From positions 5,736 to 69,735 of the forward strand of contig JADHXD010000004.1 of NCBI GenBank assembly GCA_016783145.1: a DNA stretch of 64,000 bases, read 5' to 3'. Below the pieces are notes generated by a model, which did not search any database, was not told the DNA's origin, and saw only the letters and a list, made by a program, of their open reading frames with translations. This stretch comes from Anaerolineae bacterium. Lineage in GTDB: Bacteria; Chloroflexota; Anaerolineae; JAFGEY01. Made by a program: the position numbers and the translations under genes. The first letter of the stretch is position 1; each line of letters opens with the position of its first letter. This document shows, piece by piece, positions 7,638 through 15,587 of the stretch.

Positions 7638-10097
7638 ATGATCAACCGGAAACGCCTCCAGATCGCCGCTTCCGCGCTGCTGGTCTCTTTGGCTGGCACG
7701 CTGCTGGCGCTGGCCTGGTGGGATTGGGCATACCCGGGGCAAGTCGCGAGGTGGGCGCAAGGAGAGTCGGTCTACTGCTTCTTCTGGCGACAGCTTGGAT
7801 GGGCGCTCGCGATCTCGGAAGCCGTTTGCCTGAGTCTGTGGGCGTTCTCAGCTTCCATTTCAGGCGACTGGAAGCGAGGACTGGTCCCCGCAGCGCGGCC
7901 GTTTCTCCTGGCGTACCTTGTCTCTCCCGTTTTCCTTCGCTACACATTCCATCCAGTCGGCGTGCAATCCGGGAGCTCGGTATGGGCGTACGGGCTCACC
8001 GCGGTCACCGCCGGTGTCCTGTCCTTCCCCTTGGCCAAGATCGTTGAGCTTGTCTGGAGACCGGCCTTCTTGAGACGCAGGGCAGACACGATCGTCTATG
8101 TCTTGGTCGCCCTCTATGCACTGACCTTTGGTCTCCTTAGCTCTGCCCAACACATGTCCTTTCGCACCCATGCCCTCGATCTGGGCACCATGGATCAGGC
8201 CGCGTGGAACACGGTTCAGGGGCGCGTTCTGGAGAAAACGCCGCTGTACCGCCACCCGGCAGAGGGATCGCGATACGAGAACCGTCTCCTGGACGCCAAG
8301 TTGGAGCTGATTTTCATACCCCTATCTGCCCTCTATGCGCTGTGGCCCGACCCACGTGCCCTGCTCATCGTGCAAACCTTGTTCCTGGCGGCGGGTGGGA
8401 TCTCCCTGTTCCGGCTCGTCGGTCAGCGCGACCCGGACGCCAGGGATGCCCCAGAGAGCGAAAGAGGACGATACGCGCTGCTCGGGGTGCTGTTGGCCGC
8501 CGCGTACCTGGTCTACTTTCCTCTTCACTATGTGAACATGGCTGACTTTCACCCCTCCGCGCTGATGATCCCTTTCCTGATCGCTGCCTGGCGAGCGGTT
8601 GTGCTGGGCCGGTGGAATCGATACTACCTTTGGCTGGCCCTGGCACTCTGTTGCCGTATCGATGCGGCGTTCGTTGCCCTGGCGCTCGGAGCGGCGATCG
8701 CCGGGTGGCAGAAAGGCAAGAGACGGCACGGGCTGTTCACCGTGTGCCTGGCGGTAGCGTGGTTGGCCCTGGACTTTGGGGTTGTCGTACCCGCTGTTCG
8801 CCAGGTCTACGGACCTGGCGCGGGCAATCTGGTATCGCGGAGGTTTGGTGCCCTGGGCAGCGATCTGGCGGAGGCGGTGCGCACCCTCATCACGCGGCCC
8901 GGGTTTGTCCTGACACAGTTCGCGGACCGCGACAAGCTGCAGGCTATCGTCGATCTGGTAGCGCCACCCGGCCTGACCCCTCTCTTGAGCCCGGTAGCTC
9001 TGCTGCCAGCGCTCCCTGTCCTGGCGATCAACCTGCTGGCTGAAAGCTCGTGGCAGAGCTCGGTCCACGCCCACTACATGGCCCCGGTGATCCCCTTTGT
9101 CTGGATCGCCGTCGGGGAGGGGGTAGCCCGGCTGGCGGCCGGGCCAACCGCCGCTCAAAGGGATAGAGCGCCAGACCGGGCGCAGACTCCCACCGGCGAT
9201 CGTCTGCGGAAGGCGATCTACGCCTTACTCTCTTGTCTCGCAAGGGGCAAAGGCCCCAGGGCCGCGATCACGCTGTCCACGTTCATACTACTTCACAGCG
9301 CTCTGACCTCCTACGTGCTCAGCCCCTTTCCGCCTGGGAAGACATTCCGATTGGCGGATTTCTACCAACCCTCGACCTATGAACAGGACCTGCGCGCCGT
9401 GCTCGCCCTCATCCCTGAGGGTGCGTCGGTGTGCGCGCAGAGCGACCTGCACCCCCATCTCTCGCAGCGCCAGGATGCGTGCCTCTTTCCCCGGTGCCGG
9501 CTGAGCGACGAGGAAGAAGCCGAATACGTGTTGGTGGACCTGGATCCCACTTCGATCAAGAGCCCGCTGGATTACCACACCTTCTACCAGCTGGTGGATG
9601 CCTGGCTGGATCGAGAGGAGTACGGAGTCATCGCTCAGCGCGGAAGCGCCTTGCTTTTGGGCCGAGGGGCGTCACGGGAAAGTCTGCCTGACGTCCTATC
9701 GGACATAGAGGAGTACGGGCAGGGATTCTACCGTGTGGAGTATCTCAAAGCGGCAGTTCCCACCCATCTGCGGGCAGAGCAAGTGTTCCGCATTCCCCTC
9801 GAGGTGCGCAACACGGGCTCGCAGTGCTGGGCTTCGCGGGACCGGCTGCCGGTCCGGCTTACCTATCGTTGGTGGACAACCGAGGGCACGCCGCTGTACG
9901 TCGAGGCGCTGCGCACAGACCTGCCCCATCGCGTAGAACCGGGTCACAAAGCCCAGCTCCACGCCTGGCTGCTCACGCCCTCGCAGCCAGGGGAATACGT
10001 GCTAGAGTGGGATCTCGTACGTGAGGGGGATGCCTGGTTCAGCCAGATGGGCGCGAGCACGTCGCGTCACACGGTCGCCGTGCAGCCGGGTCGGTAG
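7638..10097 (+). CDS. DUF2079-family polytopic membrane protein with a C-terminal beta-rich extracytoplasmic domain
   Basis: ORF 7638..10097. The block HMSFRTHALDLGTMDQAAWNTVQGRVLE...LIVQTLFLAAGGISLF matches DUF2079 as I remember it. The last ~130 residues (RIPLEVRNTGSQCW...GEYVLEWDLVREGDAWF) look like an Ig/NBR1-like beta sandwich. Confidence 0.8.
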   Translation: MINRKRLQIAASALLVSLAGTLLALAWWDWAYPGQVARWAQGESVYCFFWRQLGWALAISEAVCLSLWAFSASISGDWKRGLVPAARPFLLAYLVSPVFLRYTFHPVGVQSGSSVWAYGLTAVTAGVLSFPLAKIVELVWRPAFLRRRADTIVYVLVALYALTFGLLSSAQHMSFRTHALDLGTMDQAAWNTVQGRVLEKTPLYRHPAEGSRYENRLLDAKLELIFIPLSALYALWPDPRALLIVQTLFLAAGGISLFRLVGQRDPDARDAPESERGRYALLGVLLAAAYLVYFPLHYVNMADFHPSALMIPFLIAAWRAVVLGRWNRYYLWLALALCCRIDAAFVALALGAAIAGWQKGKRRHGLFTVCLAVAWLALDFGVVVPAVRQVYGPGAGNLVSRRFGALGSDLAEAVRTLITRPGFVLTQFADRDKLQAIVDLVAPPGLTPLLSPVALLPALPVLAINLLAESSWQSSVHAHYMAPVIPFVWIAVGEGVARLAAGPTAAQRDRAPDRAQTPTGDRLRKAIYALLSCLARGKGPRAAITLSTFILLHSALTSYVLSPFPPGKTFRLADFYQPSTYEQDLRAVLALIPEGASVCAQSDLHPHLSQRQDACLFPRCRLSDEEEAEYVLVDLDPTSIKSPLDYHTFYQLVDAWLDREEYGVIAQRGSALLLGRGASRESLPDVLSDIEEYGQGFYRVEYLKAAVPTHLRAEQVFRIPLEVRNTGSQCWASRDRLPVRLTYRWWTTEGTPLYVEALRTDLPHRVEPGHKAQLHAWLLTPSQPGEYVLEWDLVREGDAWFSQMGASTSRHTVAVQPGR

Positions 10098-10100
10098 GAC

Positions 10101-10544
10101 TCAAGGACGCTCGACGATCAGCGTGACCGGGCCATCGTTCTGGATCTCAACCTGCATATAGGCCCCAAACACCCCGCCTTCGACCTGGCCCACCCCCGCC
10201 GCTCGCAGATCGTCCACAAACCGCTCGCACAGCGGCTCAGCGATCTCGGGACGGGCTGCGTCGGTGAAACTGGGCCGCCGGCCCTTGCGGCAGTCTCCGT
10301 ACAGGGTGAACTGAGAGACAACCAGCGCGCTGCCGCCGATGTCCAGCAAAGACCGGTTCATCTTGCCTGCACCGTCCTCAAAGATGCGCAGCCCGGCAAC
10401 CTTGTTCGCCAGCCAGCGCGATTGCTCCTCGTCATCACCGTGGGTGACGCCAAGCAAGATCATCAGCCCAGGGCCGATCGCGCCCACCGTCTCCCCATCT
10501 ACGCTGACGGACGCTCTCTTTACGCGCTGCACAACCGCTCTCAT
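10101..10544 (-). CDS. dtd: D-aminoacyl-tRNA deacylase
   Basis: ORF 10101..10547. [18 protein letters not shown]...[20 protein letters not shown] 10544 has GGGAG 6 nt upstream. Confidence 0.93.
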   Translation of the reverse strand: MRAVVQRVKRASVSVDGETVGAIGPGLMILLGVTHGDDEEQSRWLANKVAGLRIFEDGAGKMNRSLLDIGGSALVVSQFTLYGDCRKGRRPSFTDAARPEIAEPLCERFVDDLRAAGVGQVEGGVFGAYMQVEIQNDGPVTLIVERP

Positions 10545-10568
10545 CACGTTCTCCCAGTAGAGAGGTGT

Positions 10569-13500
10569 CTACTCTGCGATCACAAAGTCGCCGGCCCACA
10601 CCGGTCGGGGAGGGACCTCTCCGGCAGCAAGCAGATCTCGCCAAACGGCATCCGTCAACGGCTCCTCGATGGGCCAGGCGAACTCATAGTGGCTGTATAC
10701 ACCGCCCCGTGCGAGGTACCTCTTGCGGTCACGGCAGACGACGACATAGATCTCGTCCACGCGCCCAACGGCCTCTATCCGCTGCATCTCTCCGGCAGTG
10801 GCAACCGGCACAGCTACGGCCGTCTGGGTTTCTGCACTCGACACCGAATCGCCCGCGCTGGGCTCTCCCCTGGCGATCATCCGAGCCAGCTCCTCGAGCA
10901 CAGGTCCATACTCTCCCAGCCGCTGGTATTCCTCCGCAGCCAACGATTGGCCAGTCAGTTCGCGTCTGGCAACATCCTGGAAAAAGATCAGCCACGACTC
11001 GAGCACGAGCAGTGCGTCTCGATCGGGTTCGGAGAGCATGGATCTGGCATCCAGACCATCGATGATCATCCGAGTCAGCGCAGCCAGCCGCGCATAGACC
11101 TCCGGCTGCGGCTCCACATACCCCCAGGACGGTGCAGTGCCCCCGTCGTCCTCCGTCCTTGCATCCTCCCCTGTCTCTACGAGCAGGTCTGCGTCGTGCT
11201 GGACATCGACCCAACTCCCGAACATCGTCTGCAGCTCTTTGCGTTTCCAGGCCGTGGTGCGCATGCTTTGTGGATACGTGGCGGTCTTGTCCTGGAGCAG
11301 AGCCCGGTAAACATACAGCCAGCCCCAGTACAGCTCTTCTGTCCAGCGTGCCTCGCGCAAGGCCGCGAGTTCGTTGCGCACCTTGCCGACCTGGCTTGTG
11401 TACCCCTCGCGGCCCGTATCGCCCACCTCTGATGCGATACGATATGCCTCCAGCGAGCCGAGCACCGAAGCAAGGTCGATGCTGGACGGAAGCGCTCGCC
11501 GATTGTCCGGGCTCCCCACATACTCACCGGTCACTTGCTGAAAAATGTAGGTATCAATGGCATAGGGCCGGCCCAGAAAGACCCAGTCGCGCTCGATAGG
11601 CAGTCCGGGTCTCCAATCCCAGATCCACGGCCACATCGTGTTCTCTGGCGGCGGCACAGCGCGCACCGAGAGGGCAAATTCGTCCAGTTTCTCATCGTCG
11701 GCGAACGCGGTCAGATCGGTGATCTCGCCCCACACCTGGGCCAGCAACGCGCCATAGTTGGCCGGGGAGAGCAGGGACTCCTGTCCTTGGAAAAAGGAAA
11801 GAGTGGCCTGGACCCGTTGCCAGAGAATGCGCGGCGCGGAGTGCGTGTTCAGCGTGTGGACGATGAGAGCAGCAGAAAGCGTTTCTTCACGCTGAGCGAG
11901 ACGAAAGGCGGCCAGTCGATGCCAGGCGATCGCTTGGTAGTACCGCGACAGCCCGGCGTCTGGGTCGCAGTTCTCGCATGGGGCGTAATGCCCGGTGGGC
12001 GAAAACTGCCCATAGTCTACGCGCAGCTTGGCTTCGTCTGCTATACCGGGCAGGGCGAGCAGGGGCGAGACAGTGATCCCTGCACTCGCCCGGATCAGTG
12101 CCAGCTCGGCGGTAACCAACGGTGAGATGACCTCTGGGGGCTCGAACTCGGAATCCAGGAGGGCCAGGGGGACGGCAAAGTAGGCTGCGTTGTGCAGAGC
12201 CGCACTTGCTATACGCTGCGCCCCTGGCGTGGATGATGACTGCATCGACTCGTACTGCGCCCAACAAAGCTCAAACATCTCTCGGTCCAGCATCTCCAGT
12301 TCGGGAAGCAGGCGCGTCTGCTCTGTGGAACGCATGATGCGGCCAAACAACAACTGAGAGAGGCGCATGACCGAATCGGCCGAAATGAACACCGGGTAGG
12401 CAGCAAGCTGGTCATCGTTGTACAAGGCGGCAAAGGTCTGGTAGCCGGCGGGCACGACCACGAACCCATCTTCGGTGAGCGCGTGGGTTTGCGTCAGTCC
12501 GAATGTCTGGCTCAGTGGAAACGTGGTCGAGATCTGGTCGACAGACAGGGGCAACTCGCATCCATCGTAGATCGTGGACAGGGTGACAGTGCGTGGTCTG
12601 TAGGGTGCAAAACCCAGGTCATCCTTGGGCAAGGAAAGTACGGCGACGTGGGCGGCCTGGATAGACCCGCTCTCGCTCGAGTAGCCGATCACCCTGATCG
12701 TCGCGCCGGGCACGAGGCCCCGCAGCGTGGCCGGCTGCCCATCGGGGGAGAGGACCGAGGTCGTTTCCATCAGGTCCACATACTCCCACTCTCCGTCAGC
12801 AGGCACGATGCGCAGGGTTGGTGGGTCCGTCTTGACCTCCAGCAATGTGCCCACCACCTCCAGGTTAGGCACTGGCGTCGAAGTCGGGACCGGAAGTGGC
12901 ACCAACGTGGGGGAAATGGGTGCCGGGGTGGGATACAAGGGCTCCTCTCCTGGCAACCACAGAATGTCCACTGCGACGATGTCCTCAATCTGGCTCGCGA
13001 GCTGTCGCCCTTCTGTACCTTCCCCACTGCCCTCCACGGCGACAAAGTCGAGTGTCAAGGGACCCAGCGGCAGCTCTGTGCGAGGCACGCGGACCAGGTG
13101 GAATGGATAGGTGACCCACGAAGGATCCGCATCGGATGGAGCAGCGGCAAAAGAAACATTCACCACCACCGTGACGCCGTCGACATCCAGATCTGTGATC
13201 GTGATACCGTGTCCCCTGCCCTCACGGGCACCCAGCAGGGCGCCGATCAGGATCTCTTCTTCCCAGCGGACGGGTTCCCAGATCTCTTGTGGCTGGCCCA
13301 TCCGCGATAGAAACTGCGCCCACCCCTCTTCAGAGTCAATGACTACGTACCAGCCCCCTTCGCCTGTTTCGCTGCGCTGGATCGGCACCCTCATGTCCGG
13401 CAGCAGTTCGCCCTGAGCATAGGTGCGGAATATCTGCCTCTCAGCCGGGGCCAGTGTAGGCATTTGGGCGGGGGTCGGGGTGCGTTGGCGCGCCGTCGGC

Positions 13501-13685
13501 GTAACGCTCGAGACCGGTATCTCTGGCTCTGGCTGACAGCTCATCAGAGCCAGGGCCAGAAAGCCAGCGAACATCGCGCACACGACAACGATCGGGAAAG
13601 GTCTCCTCAAGGCATACGATGGCGCGCGTTCACCCTCGAGCTTATTCTCGTGACGCGGTGTGCGCCCCGTGTTTCGATCGCGCAT
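10569..13685 (-). CDS. Lipoprotein with a PrcB-like domain, a Pro/Thr linker and a C-terminal DUF3160 domain (1038 aa)
   Basis: ORF 10569..13838. The start is trimmed to ATG 13685, 12 nt after the rdgB stop. Lipobox FLALALMSC. PrcB_C-like block WYVVIDSEEGWAQFL...GRGHGITITDLDVDGVTVVVNVSF...YPFHLVRVP. DUF3160-like block GFVVVPAGYQTFAALYNDDQLAAYPVFISADSVMRLSQLLF. Confidence 0.8.
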   Translation of the reverse strand: MRDRNTGRTPRHENKLEGERAPSYALRRPFPIVVVCAMFAGFLALALMSCQPEPEIPVSSVTPTARQRTPTPAQMPTLAPAERQIFRTYAQGELLPDMRVPIQRSETGEGGWYVVIDSEEGWAQFLSRMGQPQEIWEPVRWEEEILIGALLGAREGRGHGITITDLDVDGVTVVVNVSFAAAPSDADPSWVTYPFHLVRVPRTELPLGPLTLDFVAVEGSGEGTEGRQLASQIEDIVAVDILWLPGEEPLYPTPAPISPTLVPLPVPTSTPVPNLEVVGTLLEVKTDPPTLRIVPADGEWEYVDLMETTSVLSPDGQPATLRGLVPGATIRVIGYSSESGSIQAAHVAVLSLPKDDLGFAPYRPRTVTLSTIYDGCELPLSVDQISTTFPLSQTFGLTQTHALTEDGFVVVPAGYQTFAALYNDDQLAAYPVFISADSVMRLSQLLFGRIMRSTEQTRLLPELEMLDREMFELCWAQYESMQSSSTPGAQRIASAALHNAAYFAVPLALLDSEFEPPEVISPLVTAELALIRASAGITVSPLLALPGIADEAKLRVDYGQFSPTGHYAPCENCDPDAGLSRYYQAIAWHRLAAFRLAQREETLSAALIVHTLNTHSAPRILWQRVQATLSFFQGQESLLSPANYGALLAQVWGEITDLTAFADDEKLDEFALSVRAVPPPENTMWPWIWDWRPGLPIERDWVFLGRPYAIDTYIFQQVTGEYVGSPDNRRALPSSIDLASVLGSLEAYRIASEVGDTGREGYTSQVGKVRNELAALREARWTEELYWGWLYVYRALLQDKTATYPQSMRTTAWKRKELQTMFGSWVDVQHDADLLVETGEDARTEDDGGTAPSWGYVEPQPEVYARLAALTRMIIDGLDARSMLSEPDRDALLVLESWLIFFQDVARRELTGQSLAAEEYQRLGEYGPVLEELARMIARGEPSAGDSVSSAETQTAVAVPVATAGEMQRIEAVGRVDEIYVVVCRDRKRYLARGGVYSHYEFAWPIEEPLTDAVWRDLLAAGEVPPRPVWAGDFVIAE

Positions 13686-13696
13686 ATCTGCATCCC

Positions 13697-14350
13697 TCAG
13701 GTCGAGGCAGCGTCCGCTGCCCTGCCAACATCCCGGTACGCGGCGAGCTTGCAGAGGAGCGGCCTTGCCGCCCGGATCGCTCGCGCGCGATGGCTGAGCT
13801 CGTTCTTGATCTCGGAAGGGAGTTCTGCCATCGTGCACCCAAACTGGGGCAAGTAAAAGACAGGATCGTAGCCAAAGCCGTGCTCGCCCCGCGGCTCAAA
13901 GGCGATCACACCCTCGCACGTTCCCTCTGCGACGGCGACATCGCCGTTAGGATAGGCCAGCGCCACTGCACAGCGAAAGCGAGCGCTCCTCTGCTCCAGG
14001 GGCGTATGGCCCAGCGCGTCCAGCAGCTTTCGATACCGGTCTTGATCGCTCGCTCCAGGCCCGGCATACCGGGCCGTGTGGATCCCCGGCACCCCCCCGA
14101 GCGCGTCCACTTCCAGGCCCGAATCATCGGACAGAGAGGGCAGGTTGCTGGCGCGGGCATAGACCGTCGCCTTTTGAGCAGCGATCTCGGCAAACGAGGC
14201 GCCCGTCTCCTCGACCTCGATCTCCAGGCCCAGGTCCTGGAGAAAGACGTACTCTCCAGACCAGTCCGCAAGCAGCGAGGCATATTCCCGCTGCTTTCCT
14301 CGATTGGCGGTGGCAATCAGCAGTCTCGCCAAGAGCGTTCCTTTCTTCAC
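13697..14350 (-). CDS. rdgB: Non-canonical purine NTP pyrophosphatase (RdgB/HAM1)
   Basis: ORF 13697..14527. LLIATANRGKQREY...DSGLEVDALGGVPGIHTARY...GFGYDPVF...KNELSHRA. I chose GTG 14350 as the start, downstream of the SDR stop at 14410. Confidence 0.88.
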   Translation of the reverse strand: MKKGTLLARLLIATANRGKQREYASLLADWSGEYVFLQDLGLEIEVEETGASFAEIAAQKATVYARASNLPSLSDDSGLEVDALGGVPGIHTARYAGPGASDQDRYRKLLDALGHTPLEQRSARFRCAVALAYPNGDVAVAEGTCEGVIAFEPRGEHGFGYDPVFYLPQFGCTMAELPSEIKNELSHRARAIRAARPLLCKLAAYRDVGRAADAAST

Positions 14351-14409
14351 ACCGTCCGCAAGCCGGGTCCTGGGCAAGTGGGCGTGATATGTCGCCCACA
14401 GGTCTCCAT

Positions 14410-15180
14410 CTATAAGCGGGGCAACGTCAGGCCGCCATCCACGGTGATCACCTGACCTGTGGCATAGGGCAGGTCCCCCCGGACCAGCGCGGCGACGACC
14501 TTGCCGACATCCTGCGGCATTCCCCAACGAGCCTGGACGGCCAGGCCCTCGGCAAAGAGCTTGTCGTACTTTGCCTGGACGGTCGAGGTCATATCCGTGC
14601 GGATCACCCCAGGACGGACTTCATAGACCGGGATGTCGTATTCTCCCAGACGGACCGCCCACAGCTTGCTTGCCATGCTCACGCCCGCCTTGGAGACGCA
14701 GTATTCGCCGCGGTTGGGCGACGCCGCTGTGGCCGAGATCGAGGAGATGTTCACGATACAGCCCTCAAAGCTCGCGTCCGCCTCGCACTGCTGGATCATC
14801 CAGTTGGCCACAGTTTGCGTAAGGAAGTACGGCCCCTGCAGGTTGATCCGCATCACACGCTCAAAGCTCTCTTCCGACGCCTCAAGAATGTCGGCTCTCA
14901 CTTGAGGCGCCACGCCGGCGTTGTTCACCAGTACATTCAGGCGGCCAAAGCGCTCCCGGATCTCGGAGAGCATCTTGTCCCGAGCCACCGGATCGGATAC
15001 GTCTGCGCGGCAGTAGAGAACCTCGACGCCGCGCGCGCGCAGTTCGTCCAGTGCCCGCTGGACAAGCTCCTCCGGTCGGACTCCACACACGACGATATCG
15101 CAGCCGTCAGAGGCCAGGCACCGCGAGATCCCCAAGCCAATGCCTCGACCCCCGCCGGTTACCAGAGCGACCTTTGCCAT
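14410..15180 (-). CDS. Short-chain dehydrogenase/reductase (3-oxoacyl-ACP-reductase-like)
   Basis: ORF 14410..15228, start ATG 15180 (MAKVALVTGGGRGIG). NNAG and YCVSKAG catalytic motifs are present. Confidence 0.9.
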   Translation of the reverse strand: MAKVALVTGGGRGIGLGISRCLASDGCDIVVCGVRPEELVQRALDELRARGVEVLYCRADVSDPVARDKMLSEIRERFGRLNVLVNNAGVAPQVRADILEASEESFERVMRINLQGPYFLTQTVANWMIQQCEADASFEGCIVNISSISATAASPNRGEYCVSKAGVSMASKLWAVRLGEYDIPVYEVRPGVIRTDMTSTVQAKYDKLFAEGLAVQARWGMPQDVGKVVAALVRGDLPYATGQVITVDGGLTLPRL

Positions 15181-15236
15181 ATCTCTGCCTCTCCTGACAA
15201 GCGGGCACGGGTTCAGTGCGCACAGCACACCGTCCT

Positions 15237-15265
15237 ATTCTAGCACCAAGTGGGGTCTGGGGCAA
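15237..15265 (-). promoter_or_regulatory. Sigma70-type promoter for the SDR-rdgB-DUF3160-dtd operon
   Basis: The minus strand reads TTGCCC, 17 nt, then TGcTAGAAT. It sits about 55 nt upstream of ATG 15180. Confidence 0.5.
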
Positions 15266-15283
15266 GCTGATTGCCCGGCCCGC

Positions 15284-15380
15284 GGCACAAGCCCTCTTCG
15301 ACAGCTTGCTTGCCTAGCCCCTGCACAAGCGAGCCCTTTGTGCTATGCGATCCCCGTAGGGCAAGCGGCACAAGCGAGCC
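15284..15380. repeat. Three copies of GCACAAGC with associated short palindromes, between divergent promoters
   Basis: GGCACAAGCC at 15284. GCACAAGCGAGCC at 15323-15335 and again at 15368-15380. Local palindromes are GCACAA-N9-TTGTGC and ACAAGCGAGC-C-GCTCGC(C)TTGT. Confidence 0.5.
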
Positions 15381-15460
15381 GCTCGCCTTGTCCAGTCCGG
15401 GCCAGGACGGGGTGCGATATTGGGACCGCATCCAAGATGTGTGGGGCCCGCCAAGCTAGG

Positions 15461-15489
15461 TTGACTCGCTGTCCAGAAGATGCTATAAT
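15461..15489 (+). promoter_or_regulatory. Sigma70-type promoter for the PKD-domain protein gene
   Basis: TTGACT (15461-15466), 17 nt, then TGcTATAAT (15481-15489). The ~92-nt leader contains a 10-bp hairpin at 15533-15569. Confidence 0.6.
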
Positions 15490-15587
15490 CTCTCTCCACA
15501 GGTCCAATTCCAAAGACGATGGGTACATTTGAGTCGGTGCCCGGTGCTCCCAACTGAGTGGGCATCGACCGGGAGAGATGAACAAAG

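Noticed and set aside
15522-15560. 12-codon mini-ORF (MGTFESVPGAPN) in the PKD-gene leader as a leader peptide
   Set aside because: It has no RBS and no regulatory codon pattern. It overlaps a 10-bp leader hairpin that is the simpler explanation.
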